Assembly (NCBI GenBank): GCA_963719945.1
Contig: CAVRDX010000003.1
Location: 192,001-256,000, forward strand
Length of the DNA: 64,000 nucleotides
DNA from: an uncultured Thermoplasmata archaeon
GTDB taxonomy: Archaea > Thermoplasmatota > Thermoplasmata > UBA10834
Direction of reading: 5' to 3'
How positions within the stretch are numbered: the first letter of the stretch is position 1; every line of letters begins with the position of its first letter. The position numbers and the translations under genes are program-made. Below, piece after piece: positions 1 to 9,898 of this stretch. The notes under the pieces are model-generated. The model did not search any database, was not told where the DNA came from, and saw only the letters and a list, made by a program, of their open reading frames with translations.

Positions 1-1183
1 CATCCGCACTCGGATCAAGGCTACTGCCTCTCGCATTCTCTATCATGACCAGGCCTTTATGCCCCTGGAACCTCGTCGACACCGCCCATTCGACCTCTTG
101 GTCGTTGTAGATGTCTATGTCGTCATCGACTATCGTGACCATCTTCATCGATGGATGGGCACCCAGGGCCGCCATTATGGCGTTGACCGAATCGCCTTCC
201 TTCTGCTTGGTGATGGAGACGATTCCATGCAGCCAACAGCACCCGCCCTCTGTGAGACGTACCCCATGCACCTCTGGTACGGCGACATTGACCGCCCTCT
301 TGATCACAGGTTCTCTCGGCATACCCATCATGAGGTAGTGCTCCTCCCAGCCAGGAAGGATCATCTGGAAGATGGGGTCATCCTTGTGATATATCCTGTC
401 GATTTCCATGACTGGCTGTTTCCTCACGGGATCGACGGTGCCCGTGATATCGACAAAGGGCCCTTCATCATCTGTCTTGTCGGTCAATCTCCCCTCAAAC
501 ACGTATTCGGCGAATGCGGGGACCAATAATCCGTTCCTGATCTTCTTGACATATACAGGCTCGTTCATGCACAGCTGTCTGAGTGAATTGGCAACATCCA
601 GCTCGTTCTTCCCAAGCTCCAGATTCATGGCGGCCGACAGCATCACGGCCGGGCATAGACCGATTGCGACCGCTACCTTGAGCTCCTCGCCCTTCGCCTT
701 CGCCCGCTTGTGGAGTGCGTGTAGGTGCCTGGGGACAACCCGTATCGCGAATCTGCGGTCATCGAGGAGCATCAACCTGTGGAACGACATGTTCTTGATT
801 CCATCATACTCTGCGATGACTACTCCCGCGGTCACGTATCTTCCGCCATCAGTCTTGTAGAATTTTGGGATCGCAGATGCTCGAAGATCGAATTCATCGA
901 GCACGTTTCTATCGAAAGGTGCATTCTCTATCTCTTGTGGAGGTGACGGTGAATCCATGGCTTTCAACATCTTTCCAGGAAGTTCGGAAGGAGTTGTTCC
1001 CATGGCCGCGGCTATCCTCTCCCTTGTGGACCATAGGTTGCCCACGGCCGTATAGCCTTCGAGGTCTTCGAATAGGATCGGCTTTGTGCTAGCCTTCAGC
1101 AGGTACTTCGTTACCTCAAGCTCTTTCGAGACCCTTCCCTTGATAACGACCGTCTCTTCCATTTTGTCCAGCATCGCCCTCAT
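1..1183 (-). CDS. UbiD-family prFMN-dependent decarboxylase (probable anhydromevalonate phosphate decarboxylase), 3' end truncated by the window
   Basis: Not in the ORF track because it runs off the window edge. Manual translation gives MRAMLDKMEETVVIKGRVSKELEV...GRYVTAG...EGPFVDITGTVD...GGCCWLHGIVSI...VDDDIDIYNDQEVEWAVSTRF...GSSLDPS, all UbiD motifs. GGTGA RBS upstream. Confidence 0.88.
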   Translation of the reverse strand, partial: MRAMLDKMEETVVIKGRVSKELEVTKYLLKASTKPILFEDLEGYTAVGNLWSTRERIAAAMGTTPSELPGKMLKAMDSPSPPQEIENAPFDRNVLDEFDLRASAIPKFYKTDGGRYVTAGVVIAEYDGIKNMSFHRLMLLDDRRFAIRVVPRHLHALHKRAKAKGEELKVAVAIGLCPAVMLSAAMNLELGKNELDVANSLRQLCMNEPVYVKKIRNGLLVPAFAEYVFEGRLTDKTDDEGPFVDITGTVDPVRKQPVMEIDRIYHKDDPIFQMILPGWEEHYLMMGMPREPVIKRAVNVAVPEVHGVRLTEGGCCWLHGIVSITKQKEGDSVNAIMAALGAHPSMKMVTIVDDDIDIYNDQEVEWAVSTRFQGHKGLVMIENARGSSLDPSAD

Positions 1184-1332
1184 GGACAGATGATCACCGA
1201 TCGATGGATGATTTAATTCGTATTTCTATCCTTTCGTCAGGGTCACATGGATAAGACCGTGCCTGGCTGCCTCGACTGGTCTCCACAACCAACTGGTCAA
1301 ACTTCTTATAGGTACCAGTCAATCGAGGCGAC

Positions 1333-3003
1333 GTGGACATAGAACCAATCGTACGGAAGTACGCCCTCCAGAACGCCGTGTTCTACGGTGGCAGAGCCAC
1401 GATGGGTGCTGTTCTTGGCAAGGTCATGGCAGAGAACCCAGAACTCAGGTCGAAGGCGAAGGAAGTGTCTTCGCTGGCAAAGGGTGTGGTGGACGAAGTC
1501 AACGGGCTGTCTCCAGAAGCTCAGAAGAAGGCTTTGGAAGAGATCGCTCCAGAACTGCTGGTCCGGGAGTCGAAGCACAGGGACAACACTCTACCCGACC
1601 TCAAGGGCGTCGTGGGGGAGGTCCGTATGCGCATGGCCCCCAACCCGTCCGGTCCTCTCCATATCGGCCACAGTCGCATGGCCGTCCTCAACGATGAGTA
1701 CGTGAAACGCTACGGCGGAATATGCTATAACAGGTTCGAGGACACCGACCCCGCAAGGATCGATCCTTCTGGCTATGATACGATTCCGGCGGATTTCGAA
1801 TGGCTCGGCGTAAAAATTCACAAGACTGTGATACAGAGTGACCGGTTCGAGATCTATTATGATCTTGCCAAGAAGCTCCTCGAGATGGGGAAGGCATATG
1901 TCTGCACATGCAAGATCGATGATTGGCGTGAGCTGAAGAATCACAAGAAGGCATGTGAGCACAGGGAGCAACCGCTCGACGAACAGATGGTCCGCTGGGA
2001 CAAGATGTTCGACGGGTCCTACAAGCCCGAAGAAGCATCGCTTGTGATCAAGACAGACCTTCAGCATCCGAATCCTGCCATACGCGACTTTGTCGCGCTC
2101 AGAATAGACGACACTCCTCATCCGAGGACAGGTACGAAGTACAGAGTCTATCCTCTCATGAACTTGTCAGTAGCCATTGACGACCATCTGTTGGACCTGA
2201 CACATGTCCTGCGGGGCAAGGACCATCTGAACAACACCTACAGACAGGAGTATATCTACGATTATCTCGGGTGGAAGAAACCAGAATACATCCATTACGG
2301 ACGCGTATCGATCGAGGACGCCCAGCTATCGACATCAAAGATGGCCAAAGGTATCAAGGATGGTCTCTACACATCGTGGGACGACCCCCAGCTGGGCACG
2401 CTCGCGTCTATGAGGCGCCGAGGGATCAGACCCGAGGCCATAAGACGCTATTGGGTCGAAACTGGCATCAAAGAAGTCGATATCGAATTCTCCTGGAAGA
2501 CGCTATTCACATTCAACAGGGAACTCATAGATGATGGGGCGAACAGATACTTCTTCGTGAACGATCCTGTGAGATTCACATTCTCTGGGACCGAATCCGA
2601 ACTGGTCGCAAAGGCTCCGCTTCATCCTGAACATCCCGAGCGGGGGACAAGAGACCTTAGGGTCGCGCCCGGCTCATCCATCTACATCTGTCGGGATGAT
2701 CTGAAGAACTCTCCCGCGAGACTCCGTCTGAAGGATCTGTGTAATGTCGAACTGAAAGAAGATAGGATGGTCTATGCTGGGAACGACCTTTCTGTTCTCA
2801 AGGAAGGGGTCCAGATTGTTCATTGGGTTCCGGAAGACGCTGTCACTGCAGAGGTGCTGATGACCGACGGCAGCATGAGGAACGGACTCGCAGAACCGCT
2901 TCTCTCCAAGGTTCAAGGGCAGGTTGTTCAGCTCGAGAGATTCGCCTTTGTCCGAGTGGAATCGGTATCTCCTGCCATCAGATGCGTATTCACTCACAAG
3001 TGA
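1333..3003 (+). CDS. gltX: Glutamate--tRNA ligase (archaeal type)
   Basis: RMAPNPSGPLHIGH (HIGH motif), RFEDTDP, LRGKDH, LSTSK (KMSKS-like), archaeal N-terminal KYALQNA domain. Confidence 0.97.
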   Translation: MDIEPIVRKYALQNAVFYGGRATMGAVLGKVMAENPELRSKAKEVSSLAKGVVDEVNGLSPEAQKKALEEIAPELLVRESKHRDNTLPDLKGVVGEVRMRMAPNPSGPLHIGHSRMAVLNDEYVKRYGGICYNRFEDTDPARIDPSGYDTIPADFEWLGVKIHKTVIQSDRFEIYYDLAKKLLEMGKAYVCTCKIDDWRELKNHKKACEHREQPLDEQMVRWDKMFDGSYKPEEASLVIKTDLQHPNPAIRDFVALRIDDTPHPRTGTKYRVYPLMNLSVAIDDHLLDLTHVLRGKDHLNNTYRQEYIYDYLGWKKPEYIHYGRVSIEDAQLSTSKMAKGIKDGLYTSWDDPQLGTLASMRRRGIRPEAIRRYWVETGIKEVDIEFSWKTLFTFNRELIDDGANRYFFVNDPVRFTFSGTESELVAKAPLHPEHPERGTRDLRVAPGSSIYICRDDLKNSPARLRLKDLCNVELKEDRMVYAGNDLSVLKEGVQIVHWVPEDAVTAEVLMTDGSMRNGLAEPLLSKVQGQVVQLERFAFVRVESVSPAIRCVFTHK

Positions 3004-3007
3004 CGCG

Positions 3008-4048
3008 TCATACATCCCAGAATGGGACTATGTCGCATGATAGGCATGCGTGGCACATCGTTTTGAACCTAAGCGGAGATAATCCATAGCTTGAGAATAT
3101 CTTCTTCTGTTCATCCGCCAGCATCAGCATGCGCTCAGCGGTGACAGGCTCCAACGGACCGAGAGCCTCATCCAATTTCGCCGTGTTGAGCTCATCTTTT
3201 CTAAGAGCTCTCAATGTCGCGACTGCTCCCATGTTCGCCAGAACCTTTGTCCCTTCCAGAACGTTCTCATCGGTCTCTCCAAGGCCGAATATGATGTTCG
3301 AACAGACCCTGTTCTCGTCGAACACCTCTCCCGAGTGGTTTATCGCATGGAGTATCTGATCGAAATCCATATCGTCGCAGATCTTCTCGAATATGTCTCT
3401 ATCGAAGGTCTCGATGTTTATTTTGATCTCATCCGCACCAGCTTCCAACAGGATCTCGACCTCGTCCGGTCTGGTGGCGTAAGGTTCGACACCGACCGGT
3501 GTGTCTGGCAGGAGTTGTTTCACTCTCTTCACGAGCCCAGCCATCCTTTTGATTGTCATCATAGGTGATTCTGCGACGCCGCTTGTGAATGCGATGGCCT
3601 GGAAACCATCTTCTTTCGATGCATCGAGGATCATCTCGACGATCTTGTCATCGCTGAGGTTCTTCGTGGCATCGTTGGCCAACCTGGGTGAGTTGCAGAA
3701 CTTGCAGTCGTAGATGCACCTGCTGTCGATGTTGATGAATGCCTGGAACGGTGCGTGCATGAGAGTGGGGACGAGATCGACATTCTCGATGAACAGCTGC
3801 CCTCCCCTCATAAGCGAATACGATCCTCCGTCGACCGAGAGTTCGAACCCTCCACCTTCGCGTGAAATCGCCTTCTTCGCCCTGGTGCCGCCGAATGAAA
3901 ACACAATCGATCTATGACCTGCCCCTGGGCCAGCAGTGGACCTGCTTGCAGGAAACGGCAGCCTGAGATCCTTTGGTATCAGAATCGCTCCGCCGGCCAG
4001 CAACTCAGCTTTTTTCTTCGCGGTCGCACGGCTCACTTTCGCTTCCAT
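3008..4048 (-). CDS. Radical SAM protein (biotin-synthase-related, unknown substrate)
   Basis: CIYDCKFC CxxxCxxC motif, N-terminal RSTAGPGAG, C-terminal CHACLSC. Overlaps the cysS stop by 16 nt. Confidence 0.85.
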   Translation of the reverse strand: MEAKVSRATAKKKAELLAGGAILIPKDLRLPFPASRSTAGPGAGHRSIVFSFGGTRAKKAISREGGGFELSVDGGSYSLMRGGQLFIENVDLVPTLMHAPFQAFINIDSRCIYDCKFCNSPRLANDATKNLSDDKIVEMILDASKEDGFQAIAFTSGVAESPMMTIKRMAGLVKRVKQLLPDTPVGVEPYATRPDEVEILLEAGADEIKINIETFDRDIFEKICDDMDFDQILHAINHSGEVFDENRVCSNIIFGLGETDENVLEGTKVLANMGAVATLRALRKDELNTAKLDEALGPLEPVTAERMLMLADEQKKIFSSYGLSPLRFKTMCHACLSCDIVPFWDV

Positions 4049-5490
4049 GCGGCACCCTCTTTCGAGTCCTGGATTTCGATGCCGAACTCCGCGAGCCTGT
4101 TCCTTATCTTATCTGCGAGGCCGAAATCCTTGTTCTTCCTGGCAGCATTCCTCATCTGTACGAGATCTTGCACAAGTCCATCACTGGCAAGATCCTCGTC
4201 GGTGACGTCATCGATCGACTTGATATTGTATTGAATTTCAAGTGAACTTGTGATGACTTTCGTTCTTGGCTCTGTGAGCACATCGAAAAGGTCGTTGAAC
4301 TTTTCCAGAACAGCAACGATGCTCATGGCACCCTCTTTGCTCATCTTTCCATCTGAGAGCAATCGGTTGGCCTCTCTCGTGAGGTCATACATGACAGCGA
4401 TCGCCTCTCGGCTTGAGAAATCGTCGTCCATACGTGATTCGAAATCTGCCAGGGCTTTCTCGGTCAAGGCTTTAGCATCATCTGTTCCTGGCGCGATCAT
4501 GACAGCGTTCTTCATTGAGTCGTAGCCGTTCTGCAACTTCTCGAGAGCCTGCTTCGTCTCATCCAACGATTTCTCATCATAGTCGAGTGGTGCTCTGTAG
4601 CTAGCGTTCAGGATGAAGAACCTCAGCACCTCTGGCGCATACTTCTTTAGTATGTCCTCGATGGAGAAGAAGTTCTTGAGCGATTTCGACATCTTCTCAC
4701 TGTCGATTGTGAGCATCCCGTTATGCATCCAATATCGGACATAAGGAGCTTCATTATATGCCTCGGACTGGAGTATCTCGTTCTCGTGATGAGGGAACAC
4801 AAGATCGGTGCCTCCGCCATGTATGTCGATTGTCTTTCCGATGTGCTTCAGGCACATGGCAGAGCATTCTATGTGCCAACCTGGCCGGCCCTTTCCCCAT
4901 GGACTCTCCCAGAATACCTCTCCGGGTTTCGCTGCTTTCCAGAGTGCGAAATCCATCGGATCCCGCTTGTCCTCGCCAGGCTCGATCCTGGCTCCCGCGA
5001 CCATCTGGTCGAGGCTCTGACCCGAGAGCTTGCCGTATTCCTTGGCTTTGCTGACCGAGAAATACACTGACCCGTTGGATTCGTACGCATACCCTTTCTC
5101 GATCAGTCCGGATACCATCGAGATCATGTCGGGGATGGTCTCGCTCGCCTTTGGATACACATCCGCCCTCTTGACCTTCAGGGAATCCATGTCCTTGTGA
5201 TACTTCTCTATCATCTTCCGCGACAATTCCAAGGGTTCTATCCCCATCTCATTCGCCCTTGCGATGATCTTGTCATCGACGTCGGTGAAGTTGGTTATGT
5301 GGGTGACATCGTACCCTTTGTACCTGAGGTATCTCACGATGAGGTCGAAGTTTATTGCTGATTTAGCATGTCCCAGATGAGAATGGTCATAGACGGTCAC
5401 CCCGCAGACGTAGATTCCGACCTTGCTCTCAATAAGTGGTTCGAAGGGCTGTTTATTGTGGGTGAGGGTGTTGTAAATGACAGGGGCCAT
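4033..5490 (-). CDS. cysS: Cysteine--tRNA ligase
   Basis: YVCGVTVYDHSHLGH, GRPGWHIECSAM, FPHHENE, KMSKS. Confidence 0.98.
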   Translation of the reverse strand: MAPVIYNTLTHNKQPFEPLIESKVGIYVCGVTVYDHSHLGHAKSAINFDLIVRYLRYKGYDVTHITNFTDVDDKIIARANEMGIEPLELSRKMIEKYHKDMDSLKVKRADVYPKASETIPDMISMVSGLIEKGYAYESNGSVYFSVSKAKEYGKLSGQSLDQMVAGARIEPGEDKRDPMDFALWKAAKPGEVFWESPWGKGRPGWHIECSAMCLKHIGKTIDIHGGGTDLVFPHHENEILQSEAYNEAPYVRYWMHNGMLTIDSEKMSKSLKNFFSIEDILKKYAPEVLRFFILNASYRAPLDYDEKSLDETKQALEKLQNGYDSMKNAVMIAPGTDDAKALTEKALADFESRMDDDFSSREAIAVMYDLTREANRLLSDGKMSKEGAMSIVAVLEKFNDLFDVLTEPRTKVITSSLEIQYNIKSIDDVTDEDLASDGLVQDLVQMRNAARKNKDFGLADKIRNRLAEFGIEIQDSKEGAAWKRK

Positions 5491-5523
5491 CGGATATCAC
5501 CGTTGAGATTATCCCTGGTATTA

Positions 5524-6261
5524 TTAATCCTTCTGCTCGACTGGACAACTCAATTCTTCAGACCTGGCCCCGGTCTTCGCGGAGGCGACATTCTTTGCGG
5601 TTTCTATGCCGAGCTTCTTCTCGATCATCTCTAACCTATACTCCATCTCGGAGAGGCTGTGGCACATGTCCACGAACGCGTTCACAACTGGGTCGGGAAG
5701 CTCGTCGTGGTGAAGGTCTATGCTGGTCGTACCCTCGCGTTTGACGATCTTAGCGGGAATTCCTACGACAGTACAGTTCGGAGGGACTGATTTGACCACA
5801 ACTGATCCCGCACCGACACGGACATTGTCTCCGATGGTCACTGGTCCAAGTATTGTGGCGCCAGCGCCTATCGACACGTTGTTTCCGATCGTCGGATGCC
5901 TCTTCTTCTTGTCTGCTCGGACTCCTCCGAGGGTCACGCCTTGGTATATGGATACATTGTTGCCTATCTCGGATGTCTCTCCTATGACCACCCCTGTCGC
6001 ATGGTCGATGAAGAACCCCTCACCGATTGTCGCTCCTGGGTGTATGTCCGAGCCTGTGAGCACGCGCGCGAGATAATTGAACGCCCTCGCGGTCATGTAG
6101 TGCTTTCTATGATAGAGTCTGTTTGATAATCTATAGAACCTGATCGCGTGGAGCCCTGCACTGAACAGGAGGGCTTCAGACCTGCTCTTCGGAGCCGGGT
6201 CTCTCTCCATCACTATGTCCAGATCGCTCTTCGCGCCTTTCGCCATACGATTAGTCTCCAA
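5524..6261 (-). CDS. cysE: Serine O-acetyltransferase
   Basis: RDPA-like [34 protein letters not shown], hexapeptide repeats. Confidence 0.96.
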   Translation of the reverse strand: METNRMAKGAKSDLDIVMERDPAPKSRSEALLFSAGLHAIRFYRLSNRLYHRKHYMTARAFNYLARVLTGSDIHPGATIGEGFFIDHATGVVIGETSEIGNNVSIYQGVTLGGVRADKKKRHPTIGNNVSIGAGATILGPVTIGDNVRVGAGSVVVKSVPPNCTVVGIPAKIVKREGTTSIDLHHDELPDPVVNAFVDMCHSLSEMEYRLEMIEKKLGIETAKNVASAKTGARSEELSCPVEQKD

Positions 6262-7177
6262 ATAGGTCAGTGCTCAAATACCTTTCTCCAGTGTCCGGCA
6301 GAAGGACGACTATCGTCTTGCCCTTCCCCATCTCCTCAGCTATTTGGATTGCAGCATAGGTGGCTGCGCCCGATGATATCCCTGCCAGGATGCCTTCCTT
6401 CTTGGCGAGGTCTCTGCAGGTATCCTTGGCCTTTTCCGTAGGTACTCGTATTATGTCATGGACGATTCTCTCGTCGAATATCTTTGGGACGAATCCTGCG
6501 CCGATGCCCTGTATTCCGTGCGGGCCTGCTGGTCCGCCTGAGAGAACAGGTGATTCCTCAGGCTCTACCGCTACGATCCTGATGCCAGGGAACTTCTTCC
6601 TCAACACACCCCCTACTCCGGTTATCGTGCCTCCAGTCCCGACGCCAGCTACGAATGCGTCGATGTTCGGGACCGCCTTGATGATTTCCTTCGCCGTCGT
6701 CTTTCGGTGGGTCTTCGGATTCGCTTTGTTCTCGAACTGCTGTGGAATGAACGAATCTGGAGTGGTTAGTGAGACCTCCGTGGCTTTTCTCACCGCGCCA
6801 ATCATGCCCTCAGAACCTGGAGTGAGGACTATCTCAGCTCCAAGGGCTGAGAGCAGCTTCCTCCTCTCTATGCTCATGGTCTCGGGCATAGTCAGAATGA
6901 GCCTGTATCCTCTGACTGCGCACACCATTGCGAGGCCGATGCCTGTGTTGCCCGAAGTAGGTTCGATGATCGTCGTTCCGTTTTTCACCTTGCCCTTCTT
7001 CTCGGCTTCCTCGATCATGCCTTTGGCTATTCTGTCCTTTACCGAGGACATGGGGTTGAACGATTCGAGCTTCGCATATACTTCCGCGGCTTCTGTCGAG
7101 ACCATCCTATTGAGCCTGACGATAGGTGTGTTGCCCACGGTGTCAAGGATGTCATGAAACGGTCTAGCTCGGGACAT
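6251..7177 (-). CDS. cysK: Cysteine synthase A (O-acetylserine sulfhydrylase)
   Basis: NPMSSVKDR (PLP lysine), [33 protein letters not shown]. Start placed at MSRARPF. Confidence 0.96.
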   Translation of the reverse strand: MSRARPFHDILDTVGNTPIVRLNRMVSTEAAEVYAKLESFNPMSSVKDRIAKGMIEEAEKKGKVKNGTTIIEPTSGNTGIGLAMVCAVRGYRLILTMPETMSIERRKLLSALGAEIVLTPGSEGMIGAVRKATEVSLTTPDSFIPQQFENKANPKTHRKTTAKEIIKAVPNIDAFVAGVGTGGTITGVGGVLRKKFPGIRIVAVEPEESPVLSGGPAGPHGIQGIGAGFVPKIFDERIVHDIIRVPTEKAKDTCRDLAKKEGILAGISSGAATYAAIQIAEEMGKGKTIVVLLPDTGERYLSTDLFGD

Positions 7178-7338
7178 GTGCGTCAGTGACAGGCATTGAG
7201 ACGCCTCGTATATCATCGTTGCTGGTGAAGCAATGCGGAAACCCCGTTTTCGAGCAGGATCTTCCCATGGTTATCCGCCTTTATTTCACACTGTAATGAA
7301 TAATGGATTCTTGATAGTACAATTGTGAGGTCTGCGTC

Positions 7339-7430
7339 GTACTGACCTAGCGTGAGTTCTAGGCTTGTACCATAATCATAATCTAACCCTCGATGACGTC
7401 GCATCTACTAGCATGAGTCGTGAGTCAGTA
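7339..7430 (+). promoter_or_regulatory. Conserved upstream motif set A (TACTGAC ... CTTGTACCATAATC ... GTCAGTA)
   Basis: The same motifs recur with similar spacing upstream of the paralog at 8518. Confidence 0.5.
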
Positions 7431-7473
7431 TCGATATGATGCTGCTCTCGAACTGTGTAAAGAGGGGGAGAAA

Positions 7474-8229
7474 ATGAACGCAAAGAAGTTTTGTGTGTCA
7501 GTTGTGGCTATGGCCCTTTTGGTATTTTCTGCGATGTCAGTGAATGTACTGGCTGAGCAGAGCGGGAATCAGAAGGACAAGCCCGATGTAATGGGGTTCG
7601 AGCTGAACCAGAATGTCGCCTTCGGCGAAGTCGTTGGCGGTGCTGCAGGCATATACGTCACCGGCGGCCTGTTCGACCTCGGTCCATTCGTGAACGAGAC
7701 GACCGGGAACGAACTGATGGCCTATGGCGAGCCTGTGAACGTTTTGGCAAACTGGTCGGACGACCTTGTCCTTCACCAGTTCAAGGCCGGATCCAAGATC
7801 AGGACCGAAGTGATCCTGTGGGACTATGCGCATCAGGCGTCTGTCTTCACAATCAGGGCCCACTTCATGATCCAGGAGATCAACCCTGAGACCGGATCTG
7901 TCTTGAGAACCGTTTGGGACGGAACTGTCGCCGAGGGTCTCTGGGCAGATGGTCCAACCGATGCGTACTCCGCAGAGGTCAACCAGCTCGGACAGCTGCT
8001 CTTCGGATACAACTGGGACACCAAGATTCTGGATTGCAAGGCTGGAACGTACAGACTGACGTTCACTATCGACTCTGCCATGCCGGACAATGTGCCATAC
8101 GAGAACACCGAGCTACAGGGAATAACCATCACCGGTGTCGATGATGTCTCGACTGAAGTCACGGATGTGTACTCCAACTCGAGTTCGACCTGGATCGAGA
8201 TGACCCTGCTACCCGCTGGCGGCAGATAA
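7474..8229 (+). CDS. Secreted hypothetical protein, paralog 1
   Basis: GAGGGGGAG RBS, signal peptide MNAKKFCVSVVAMALLVFSAMSVNVLA, motifs shared with 8518..9330. Confidence 0.85.
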   Translation: MNAKKFCVSVVAMALLVFSAMSVNVLAEQSGNQKDKPDVMGFELNQNVAFGEVVGGAAGIYVTGGLFDLGPFVNETTGNELMAYGEPVNVLANWSDDLVLHQFKAGSKIRTEVILWDYAHQASVFTIRAHFMIQEINPETGSVLRTVWDGTVAEGLWADGPTDAYSAEVNQLGQLLFGYNWDTKILDCKAGTYRLTFTIDSAMPDNVPYENTELQGITITGVDDVSTEVTDVYSNSSSTWIEMTLLPAGGR

Positions 8230-8353
8230 GCGTCAATCCATGAAGGGACGCCAAAAACCTTAATCGGTGTTCGGTCCCAGAGGCTGCCGACCACCTCTCA
8301 TATTCTTTTATCACTGTTAATCGTGAGTACCATCGGACCAGATAGTCTGTTAC

Positions 8354-8478
8354 ACTGACCCCTAGTCAGTACGGTATTTTAGCGCTGTTAGTTTCAATCT
8401 TGTACCAAAATCGTGAATATAGATGTGTTACTTCCTGAGAAGCTACGGCCGAGCGAACTAGTCAGTACGAATACTGAC
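8354..8478 (+). promoter_or_regulatory. Conserved upstream motif set B with two inverted repeats
   Basis: ACTGAC-N5-GTCAGT (8354-8370), CTTGTACCAAAATC (8399-8412), GTCAGTA-CGAA-TACTGAC (8461-8478). Confidence 0.55.
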
Positions 8479-8517
8479 CGTTCAAAGACGGTCGGAGACA
8501 AAGGGGGAGACAAACAA

Positions 8518-9330
8518 ATGAAGAGATTTGGTGTGACAGCTGTAGTGCTGGTCGTCCTTATGACTGCCGCCTTCACAGGCGCTGCCAGTGCTGCACAATC
8601 AGTGAACGCGGGTGGAAGTAACGGTGGACACAACGGAGACAGACCCGATGACCCCGGCACGTTCTTTCTCAACCAGAGCATCAACTTCGGTGAGAGAGTA
8701 GTCGCAGACGATGGCAAGAGCTATGGTATCTATATGGATGGCACCCTGTTCGAGGTTGATACGGCATACACGAACCCGGACTACCTTACCCAGGTGCATG
8801 AGATGTACTCCGAGGATGTTGTCGTACAGGCCGACTGGTCCGATAACTTGGTTCTGCACGATTGGAGAGCAGGGGACAAGATCAGGACAGAGGTGATTCT
8901 GCAGGATGTCGCGGATCCAAGCATCACAGTCTATACGATTTGCGCATCGTTCAAGATCGAGCTCATAGCCCCGCTGAACCCTGACGCCGAACCATGGGAA
9001 GGTTGGTATGGAACGACATACGAAGGTCTTTGGGTTGATGGTTCGACCGATGCATACTCTGCCGAAGTGAATCAGTTGGGAAATCTGCTCTACGGCTACA
9101 ACTGGGACACGAATGGCCTTCCAGCAGGACAGTACAGGCTGACATTCGAGCTGATCGACTGTGCGATGACGACGTACCCAGGTACCGAGACACCGGTCGT
9201 GTACAACTCAATCACAATCGATGGAATGGTCGACCCTGTCACATACAGCGCTGATGACAACTACGCGTTGGACGCAGCCGAGTACGGTTCGGCCTACACG
9301 ATGATCGAGATCACCCTTCTGGCGAAGTAG
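8518..9330 (+). CDS. Secreted hypothetical protein, paralog 2
   Basis: GGGGGAG RBS, signal peptide MKRFGVTAVVLVVLMTAAFTGAASA, shares WSDxLVLH, KIRTEVIL, DAYSAEVNQLG, GYNWDT and YRLTF with paralog 1. Confidence 0.85.
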   Translation: MKRFGVTAVVLVVLMTAAFTGAASAAQSVNAGGSNGGHNGDRPDDPGTFFLNQSINFGERVVADDGKSYGIYMDGTLFEVDTAYTNPDYLTQVHEMYSEDVVVQADWSDNLVLHDWRAGDKIRTEVILQDVADPSITVYTICASFKIELIAPLNPDAEPWEGWYGTTYEGLWVDGSTDAYSAEVNQLGNLLYGYNWDTNGLPAGQYRLTFELIDCAMTTYPGTETPVVYNSITIDGMVDPVTYSADDNYALDAAEYGSAYTMIEITLLAK

Positions 9331-9356
9331 GGTAGAGTCGAATCAAACATATTTCA

Positions 9357-9397
9357 GGGCTCTGGGCAAATGCCCAAGCCCATTATTCATTTTTTTT
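9357..9397 (+). terminator. Hairpin plus T-tract terminator
   Basis: GGGCTCTGGGC-AAAT-GCCCAAGCCC followed by a T8 run. Confidence 0.6.
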
Positions 9398-9410
9398 CCA
9401 AAGAAATCGC

Positions 9411-9785
9411 TTAGTGCTTCTTCTTGCAGATCTCACAGCCGCTCAGCTTCGCGGATACCCTGTGCATCTTGCAGAAGCGCTCCTCGCTCCGGATGTCGTT
9501 GCATGCCTTGCAGAGGACGCCATACCACTGATATCTCGTCTCTCCGGCGACTATCCTCTTGGAGATCTCATCCGCATAATCCAATATCTTCGGGAAATCC
9601 TCAAGCATCTTCGTGCTTCCACCTCTGGTGGAGCTGAGATACTGGCTCACCGATGCCTGGGTGATCCCGAGTTTCTTGGCGATCTCCGATTGCTTCATCC
9701 TGTACTTGCCCGAAAGTTCCCTTACAACAGATGCCCTGAGTGTAGGTAGGATTCTTCCAACTACGAGTTCACATGGTGTCTTCAT
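9411..9785 (-). CDS. Archaeal HTH transcriptional regulator with Cys-rich C-terminus (COG2522-like)
   Basis: PCE motif, QSEIAKKLGITQASVSQYL helix-turn-helix, C-terminal CxxC...C..H...CxxC. Confidence 0.85.
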   Translation of the reverse strand: MKTPCELVVGRILPTLRASVVRELSGKYRMKQSEIAKKLGITQASVSQYLSSTRGGSTKMLEDFPKILDYADEISKRIVAGETRYQWYGVLCKACNDIRSEERFCKMHRVSAKLSGCEICKKKH

Positions 9786-9898
9786 TTCCACACCGTAATC
9801 CAAAGTCTCTGGCGCCTCAACATCAGAAAGAAGCTGCCCTCACGATTCGATAATGCCAGATAGGCTATAAACTTTTCAATGCCAGAATGTAACACGGG

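Noticed and set aside
59-1092. Plus-strand ORFs 59..529, 408..860 and others
   Set aside because: Antisense shadows of the minus-strand UbiD gene, which the ORF track missed because it is truncated.
1333-6261. gltX next to cysE-cysS, as in the Bacillus gltX-cysE-cysS operon with a T-box
   Set aside because: gltX is archaeal-type and convergent, and no T-box leader is visible. Probably coincidence.
6360-7157. 265-aa plus-strand ORF (and similar long ORFs at 12794, 14221, 43835, 63008)
   Set aside because: Each fully overlaps a well-supported gene on the opposite strand or in another frame and has no motifs.
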